A stretch of 64,000 bases of DNA. Source: Hydrolagus colliei. Taxonomy: Eukaryota. A program made the translations under genes and the position numbers. The DNA lies in assembly GCA_035084275.1 (NCBI GenBank), contig CM068771.1, forward strand, positions 620,001 to 684,000. Reading direction: 5' to 3'. The notes beneath the pieces are model-generated. The model saw nothing but the letters and a program-made list of their open reading frames with translations, was not told the DNA's origin and searched no databases. This document shows positions 47,601 to 56,600 of this stretch, in pieces (positions within the stretch are counted from its first letter, which is position 1; each line of letters begins with the position of its first letter).

Positions 47601-50600
47601 TGTGGAATTCTCCACTCCAGAAGGCTGCAGATGCTCAGTCCTTGAACATATTTGAAACTGAGATTGATAGATTTCGTAAAGGTAGAGAGATTTAGGGATA
47701 TGGGGATAAGAACGGCAGATGGAATTAGGTTAGAAGGTCAGCCATCTAATTGAATAGTGCGATAGGCTCTAGGGGCCATAGTCTACTCCTGGTCCTAATT
47801 CCTATAAAACATAAGAATAATAATATAATAATCCTTGCTTTTATATAGCACTTTTCACGTCTTCTAGACTAATCTCAAAGCCCTTCACAGAATATACTGC
47901 AAAGTGAATTGATGGTATTTTATTATGGGCAAAATTGTGCACTGGAGAGTTCTACAAATGGACTTGGATTTAAATGACCAATTTCTGATTGTTTATTTAC
48001 TTGAGGGACTATTATCAGATGTGTGGGTAAGGAAACATGTTCAAGGTTTTGCCATGAGGGGAGTCAAACCAGGGTCTCTCATTGGTAAAGTGAGTGCTCT
48101 AACCACAGAGCAATGCCATATATTCCAGTGTCATATGCTTCAATATATGAAGTGTTGGTGGGATACATGGAATTCTCAGTTTGGTTTGGATAATGGTAGT
48201 GTGTCAGGTACCCGGCTGGCCAAAACAAATTTGTTAGCGCTTTACTGAATATATTGGGACAGAAAGAGAGTGATTGGCTGTGTGTGAGAGTGAGAGAGTC
48301 TGGCTGCGCATGTGGAGAGAGTGACTGGCTCTGTGCGTGTGAGAGAGAAAGTGACTGGCTGTGTGTGTTTGTGTGTGAGAGAGAGAGTGACTATGTGAGT
48401 GTGAGAGAGACTGGTTGTGCATATGATAGAATCACTGGCTGTCTATGAGAGAGTCTCTGGATGTGTGTGTGAGAGAGTCTCTGGTTGTGTGTGTGATAGA
48501 GAGTGACTGGCTACGTGTGTGAGAGAGAGAGAGAGAGAGAGAGTGACTGGCTGTGTGCAATACCTCACCCCAAAAGCCACTGAAACTTTGGTCCAGACCT
48601 TCGTCACCTCATGACTGGACTATTCAAATGCCCTCCTCTCCGGATCCCTTCCACCACAATCCATAAAATCCAACTAATCCAAAACTCTACCGCCCACATT
48701 CTCACCCGCTCTAAGCTTCGCTCCCCCATTACCCCAGTCCTTGCCAGACTTCACTGGCTCCCTGTCCTAGAGAGAATCAACTTCAAGATCCTCACCCTTG
48801 TTTTCAAATCCCTCCACTCCTCTGCACCCCCCTACCTCTCCGACCTCCTCTCTCCTCAAACCAGTTCCCATTGCCTTCGCTCCTCTGGGTCTGGCCTCCT
48901 CCGTGTCCCTCCGAATCCTCCGCTCCACCCTCGGCGGCCGTGCCTTCAGCCACTACACCCCGAGGCTCTGGAACTCCCTTCCTCACTCCCTTCCCCTCAT
49001 CCCGTCTCTCCCCAGTTTCAGGTCACAGCTGAAGACCTTCCTCTTCGACTGCACTGCCAGGCTCCGTAATTATCCGTAATTATCTTACCCCCCGCGCTGC
49101 CGAAACACTCGTGCATGCATACATCACCTCACGGCTGGACTACGGAAATTCTCTCCTAGTAGGCCTCCCCAGTTCCTCCATTCATAGGCTGCAGGCCATC
49201 CAAAACTCTGCAGCCCGTGTACTATCCCGCACCCGCCTCCGCGACCACATAACCCAGGGCCGTACGCAGGATTTTTAATGGGGGGGTGCGAATTGCTAGT
49301 GATGGGACCAACAATGGCCGGCGGCTTGCGGTCTGCCCCCGAAGCCCCCTCGAGGCTCCAACGTTTTACACAGTTTGAGGTCTTATTTAATCAGTTCAGA
49401 AGATCCAATATGAACGGTAAATGTTTCATGCCCTTGGGTTTTTAAGAGCATCATTATTTATTCAGTGTTTTTATTTTCCCCGGTAGTCCGCGTCTAAATT
49501 TTTTGGGAAGGTCGAATGTGTTCGCCGATAAAAGCAAACACGATTGTTGACTCGATGATGTACGGAATGTGAACGATAAAGTAAATTACAATCCAATTAA
49601 AACAGTACAATGACGAATGCTTGATAAATGGATGCGTATAAGAGAAAATGATCATAAACTACAGATTGACAGTAATTAATAAGTTGTTCTGCATTGTTAT
49701 CCTAAGACTCAATTTCGTTCGGACTGTAATGAACAATAATGTAAGAGTAAAGTATGAATTATGTGCTCATATATTCCAGCAAAGCAAATTTTACAAAAGA
49801 CAAGAAAATAAACAGAAACTGAAAATCAGTGTAAAACAGTTAATTCTCACGTGTTACAAGCCTGTTATCAGCATTATCCTGAAAATATCGTTGAACTGTG
49901 AGCAATAGTGTAGTTAGTTTTTATTTATTTATTTAGAATCAAAATTAAAGGAAGTGACCCATCAAGCAATACTGATCTGACGAAAAAATACTTGAAAAAA
50001 TAAGGGAGGGGAAATTCTTTAATAGCGTTCCATATTCGAGACGCCTTGGTCGCTTTGAAGCGAATACGTCAACCACTCTACCAATATCGATTTCCATATT
50101 ATAATGAATGTGCATTAACGCGAGTGCTGAAAGTCGCTCCTATATGGAGCAGAATGCTGGACACTTACGCAAACCTTGACCAGGAGATTAGGTGACTCAT
50201 GAGGTTCTATGATTCTATGATTCTATGATTCTATGAGGTATATACATGAGGTATATGTATATGAGGTATATACCAGGCTTCTAAGAGACGCCCTGAACGT
50301 TTACTGGCGACAGCATCTGACAAATAGTGAGCTATATGGTACACTACCACACTGGTATCACAGACATTACTGCAGAGGCGTCTTAGGTTTTGCGGACATA
50401 GCTGGAGAAGCCGGGAGGAAACTGTCCATAGTGCTACTATCCTATGGGAACCATTGCACGGTCACAGAACACGAGGTAGACCGACCCTAACCTGCATCGA
50501 TACTCTGGAGCGCGATTCGGGTATTGGCAGACGAGAGTTTTCAGGCTGCATGGAGAGAAGGGATCGGTGGAGAAATGTGGTTGTCAATGCCCGAGTTCGC

Positions 50601-53600
50601 TCGATCAGATGATGGTGAAACTTTTTTTATGCCAAATTCGTGCGACATTGATGTTTTTTCACTCTGGGTACAAAACTGAATGTGAAATAAAGTAGCACTG
50701 TTTATCTTTGCGGTCATTTTTTTTTGCATGCCAATGGACGTCTCTAAAAGCAATTTTTAATTACAGGAATACATTTTTAATAATATAAATCAAATGTGAT
50801 AATCAAGACAAAACAAGAAACATGATATTTCAGAAACACGCCTATCAAAACTTAAGTCATTTTTACTTACATTTATCAGATTAAAATACGATTTCAGCTT
50901 CCACAAAGTGGTGCTACCTTTTGATGTAGTGACTGTATACGGGATGATTTCCGATTGACACACCACGTAGAATAGGCGCTAAAGCATAGGTCTACGTCCA
51001 TGAGTATTTCTTTTAAAGATAGGCATTCCCGTCCAGCATATAACTTTTTTGTTGGGTTCTCAAAAGCTTTAATTTCTCAGAAGCTTGTAAATATGTTGTC
51101 ATTGTTTGCTAGCATTACAGTCACACCTCTCAAAACTTGAGCAATTTTTACTTACGGTGACCAGATGAAAAGATGATTTTAACTTCCAGAAGTGGTGCTA
51201 CCCTTGTGGCTGTTTACGGGATGATTTCCACACGAGGATTTGAGTCTTGGCGCGCACCTATGTTTATCCAGTCACGAGTCACAGACTCGCCGCGTTATTG
51301 ACTCCTCTATCGACGCGGTATGTTTTGGGTAGACGCCGATTCTGGTGTGCGACTCGATAATTTTATATTAATATTAAAACATTCAAAGATGTGTGTTTAT
51401 AATTTATACATAGTTTTGAAGAACTGATTGTTACACAAATGCTCAATAAATTTACTTTACTTGGTGTTTAAATTTGATAAAAAATACAATTCTCTAACCC
51501 GGAAAATGTGGACCTTTTATAATTTGGGGGGGCGTGCGTACGCACCCGTCGCACCCCCCCTGCGTACGGGCCTGAAGTAGGAGGCCAGACCCAGTAGAAC
51601 AGAGGCGGCAGATACGGCTGTTAGGATAGAGGAGGTTAGTGAGGTATTGAGGTGCAGAGGAATAAAGGGATTTAAACATAAGAGTAAGGATGTTGAAGTC
51701 GATCTATTCTGTGACAGGGAGCCAGTGAAGTCTGGCGAGGACTGGGGTAATAGTGTTTCAAAGTTTGGTGAGGGTGAGAATGTGGGTGATGGAGTTTTGT
51801 ATGAGTTAAATTTCTGCTAACTGTGTGTGAATCAGAAAGAATCTCTGGCTGTGTGTGTGTGTGGAGAGTGGATGGTTCTGTGTGTATGTGAGAGAGAGAG
51901 AGAGACTGGCTGTGTTTGAGAGACTGGTTGAGAGTGAAAGAGAGAGGCTGTGTGTCTCTTTCTGTGTGTGGGTGTGAGAGTGAGAAAGAGAGAGAGCTAG
52001 CGTGACTGACTGTGTGAGAGACTGAGACTGTGTGAGAGAAAGTGATAGCGTGACTGGCTGTGTGTGTCAGACAGTCAATGTATATGTGGTAGTGAGTGTG
52101 TGAGCTTGTGTGTCAGAGTGTGGGGTAACAAGAGTGTGAGTGTCAGTGTCAGACTCACAGTCAGTGATGTCCTGTTTCCCCACAGACGCTGATTCAAATA
52201 TACGCAGAGCTGGCTGTGAGTTTAACAGCACCGGCACCTGGACCTATGTTGATCAGTACATCTTCAACAAGCAAGTGATCTATTACTTTGACTTTAATCA
52301 GAGGAAATACATCGGCCTCAAGGATTGGATCCAAAGTAACGTGGAGAGATTCAACAAGGAGATCGCTGAGGGGGTGTACGAGCAGGCAATCACAATGTGT
52401 GACAACAATGTACAGATTAACCTACAGGTGCTGACCCGACACGGTGAGTATCCACATGGGGGGGGAGTGTGAGGGGGGGGGGGGAGTGTGTGTGTGGGGG
52501 GAGGGGAGAGTGTGTGGGGGAGGGGAGAGTGTGTGGGGGAGGGGAGAGTGTGTGGGGGAGGGGAGAGTGTGTGGGGGAGGGGAGAGTGTGACCGTGGGGG
52601 AGGGGAGAGTGTGTGTGGGGGGGGGAGGGGAGTGTGTGGGGGGGGGGGGAGAGTGTGTGTTGGGGGGGGGGAGAGTGTGTGTGTGGGGGGGGAGAGTGTG
52701 TGTGGGGGGGGGGGAGAGTGTGTGTGGGGGGGGGGGAGAGTGTGTGTGGGGGGGGGAGAGTGTGTGTGGGGGGGGGGATAGTGTGTGTGGGGGGGGGAGA
52801 GTGTGTGTGGGGGGGGGAGGGGAGTGTGTGTGGGGGGGGGGAGAGTGTCTGTTGGGGGGGGGGAGAGTGTGTGTGTGGGGGGGGAGAGTGTGTGTGGGGG
52901 GGGGGGAGAGTGTGTGTGGGGGGGGGGAGAGTGTGTGTGGGGGGGGGAGAGTGTGTGTGGGGGGGGGAGAGTGTGTGTGGGGGGGGGAGAGTGTGTGTGG
53001 GGGGGGGGAGAGTGTGTGTGGGGGGGGGGAAGAGTGTGGGGGGGGAGTGTGAGGGGAGGGGGAAGAGTGTGTGTGGGGGGGGGGGAGAGTGTGTGTGGGG
53101 GGGGAGAGTGTGTGTGTGGGGGGGAGGGGAGAGTGTGTGGGGGGGAGGGGAGAGTGTGTGGGGGGAGGGGAGAGAGTGTGTGGGGGGGGAGGGGAGAGTG
53201 TGTGTGGGGGGGGGGGAGGGGAGAGTGTGTGGGGGGGGGGAGAGTGTGTGGGGGGGGGGAGGGAAGAGTGTGTGTGTGTGTGTGGGGGAGAGTGTGTGGC
53301 GGGGGGAGAGTGTGTGGGGTGGGAGGGGAGAGTGTGTTGTGGGGGGGAGGGGAGGGTGTGTGTGGGGGGGAGGGGAGCATGTGTGTGTGGTGGGAGGGGG
53401 TGTGTGTGTGGGAGGGTAGTTGAGAGTTTGTTTTGGGGGGCGAGGGGAGAATGTGTGTGGGGGAGAGTGTGGGGGTGAGGGGAGAGTGTGTGTGAGGGGG
53501 GAGGGGAGAATGTGTGTGTGTGGAGGGGGAGGGGAGCGTGTGTGTGTGGGGGGAGGGGAGAATGTGTGTGTGTGGAGGGGGAGGGGAGCGTGTGTGGGGG

Positions 53601-56600
53601 GGGGAGTGGATCTTGTGTGGGGGGGATGGAGCATCTTTGGGGGGGAGGGGAGAGTGTGTGTGGGGGGGAGCATGTATGTGGTGGGGGAGGAGTGTGTGGG
53701 GGGGAGGGGAGAGTGTGTGGGGAGTGGTGAGGGGAGAGTGTGTGGGGGTGGAGGGGGAGAGCATGTGGGCGAGAGGGGAGAGTGTGTGGGTGGGGAGGGG
53801 GAGGGGAGAGTGTGTGGGTGGGGAGGGGGAGGGGAGAGTGTGTGGGGGGCAGGGGAGAGTGTGTTTCAGGAAGGGGAGTGTGTGTGTTGGGGGGAGGGGA
53901 GAGTGTGTGTGGGGGGGTGGAAGGGAGCATGTGTGTGTGGTGGGAGGGGGGTGTGTGTGGGAGGGGAGTGGAGAGTGTTGTGGGGGGGGAGGGGAGAGTG
54001 TTTGGGGGCAGAGTGTGTGCGTGTGGGGGGGAGGGGAGAGTGTTTGTGGGGGGGGGGAGGGGAGCGTGTGTGTGGTGGGGGAGGGGAGAGTGTGTGGGGA
54101 GGTGAGGGAAGAGTGTGTGGTGGGAGTTGAGAGTTTTTGTGGGATGGGAGGGGAACGTGTGTGGGTAAGGGGGAGAGTCTGTCTGGGCGGAGGGGAGGGA
54201 CGAGAGCGTGTGATGCGGAGGGGAGAGTGTGTAGGGGGAGGGAAGTGAGTGTGTGGGGGGTTGGGAGACTGTGGGGGGGAGCGGAGAGTGTGGGTGGTGG
54301 GTGGGGTGGGGGGGATTGAGGGGAGAGGTCTGGTTGGAGGGGAGGGAGGAGAGAGTGTGTGTGGGGAGGAGAGAGTGTGTGGGGGAGGGGCGAGAGGGTA
54401 TGGGGAGAGAAAGTGTGTTCGGGTTGTGAATCGGGGTGGGAGTATGTTTGTGGAGGCGTGGAATCTCCCCACCTTCTGGCCTGCTCCATGTTCCCAGCCC
54501 GACCCATATTCCCCTGCCATTGGCGGCCAGGCTTTCAGCCTCTCTGCCCCCACACTCTGGAACTCCATCCCACAGTCCCTTCGCCTCAGTCCCTCCCTCG
54601 CCTCCTTCAAGGCCGGTCTCAGGACCCTCGTCTTCAACTCTCTCCCAGCCCTCCCAACTCTCTCCCTCTCTCTCCCGTACCCTTCCACTCTCCCTTGCTT
54701 GGGTCCCGACCTGACTGTTCACCCCTATCCTGAAGAAACCCTCCCTTGATGCGTCGCAACCATCAAGTTATCGACCTATCTCCAACCTCCCGTTTCTATC
54801 CAAGGTCCTTGAAAGAGTGTTTGCCTCCCAGCTCCGCTCTTTCCTTTCAACTCACTCACGTTTTGTACCCCTCCAATCAGGTTTCCGCCCTATCCACAGC
54901 ACAGAACCTGCCCTGGTTAAGGTCACAAATGACATCCTAACCGCCTGTGACCAGGGCTCCCTCTGCCTCCTCGTCCTCCTTGACCTGTCTGCTGCGTTCG
55001 ACACAGTCGATCACACCATCCTCCTTCAACTTCTTTCCTCCCACCTCAACCTTCAAGGCACAGTCCTTGACTGGTTCCATTCTTATTTGACCCATCATTT
55101 ACATTTTGTTTCTTCCAATGGTTTTTCTTGAAACCCACGCACAGTTTCTCACGGCGTTCCTCAGGGCTCTGTTTTAGGCCCCCTCCTTTTCACCCTTTAC
55201 ACGCTCCCTCTGGGCGACGTCATCCGCAAACATGGGGTAAATTTCCACATGTATGCGGACGACACCCAATTGTACCTTTCTGCCTCATCCCTCAACCCCC
55301 AGACGATCGATGTTCTGACAGCATGTCTGTCCGACATCGAGTCGTGGATGAGGGACAACTTTTTGCAATTGAACGTGAGTAAGACCGAGGCCCTCCTGAT
55401 TGGCTCAAGCCAGCGCCTCCGCACATCGGGCGCTGCCAGTCTCAACATCCAAGGCTGCACTCTCCACCTCACAAAGCCAATCAGGAACCTCGGCATCATG
55501 TTCGATCAAAAACTTTCCTTCCTCCCCCACATCCGCGCCTTGACCGGCACCGCTTATTTCCACCTGCGCAACATTGCCAGGCTCCGCAACTATTTTACCC
55601 CCCGCGCTGCCGAAACACTCGTGCACGCATACATCACCTCACGGCTGGACTACGGAAACTCTCTCCTCGTCGGCCTCCCCAGTTCCTCCATTCACAGGCT
55701 GCAGGTCATCCAAAACTCTGCAGCCCGTGTACTATCCAACACCCGCCTCCGCGACCACATAACCCCCACCCTTGCCCGTCTCCACTGGCTCCCCATCCTC
55801 CAGAGGATCGAGTTCAAGATCCTCGTCCTCACCTACAAGGCCTTACACGGCCTTGCCACGCGCTATTTAACCGATCTACTATCCCCCTACACGCCCACCC
55901 GGACCCTCCGTTCAACAGGACTTGGCCTGCTCCAAGCCCCCCGCCCGAACCGTCCCACCATCGGAGGCCGGGCCTTCAGTTTCTCCGCTCCCACCCTATG
56001 GAATGCCATCCCTCAATCCCTCCGTTTTGTTTCTTCCCTTTCCTCTTTCAAGGCCGGTTTGAAGACTTTCCTCTTCGATCGTGCCTTTTGTTCCACCCCG
56101 AACTCTTTTACCTCCACTTCGTGTTTCACCCCTTCCCAAACAGTCCCCTCTCAGCTCGGGTCACACGCCTCCTGTGCAGCACCTTGGGACGTCCTCCCGA
56201 CGTGAAAGGCGCTCTATAAATGTAATATTGTTTTTTTTTATTGTTCTCACTCCCCCAATCTCAACCCAACTAGACTGCCCACCCGCCAAAGAAATTCCCT
56301 GATCCCTGACTTGTGTTCTCTTCCAGTGAAGCCCAAGGTGACAATCCGGCCAAAGGAGACAGCCCACACAGGGCACCTGCTGACCTGTTATGTGACGGGC
56401 TTTTACCCGGAGGAGATCAAGGTGACCTGGAGGAGCAATGGCCAGGCAGTGTCTGCGGACAAGGTGTCCACCACCCGGATGGCTAACGGAGACTGGACCT
56501 ACCAGGTGCACAAGGTCCTGCAGTACGACCCTGCGTCCGGGGACCAATACAGCTGCCACGTTCAGCACCAGAGCCTGGACAGCGACATCGATCATCCCTG

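Noticed and set aside
52298-54749. Very long ORFs (796, 766, 418 aa; Pro/His/Thr- or Gly/Val/Cys-rich)
   Set aside because: They are translations of the G-rich minisatellite, open in several frames on both strands because the unit lacks stop codons.
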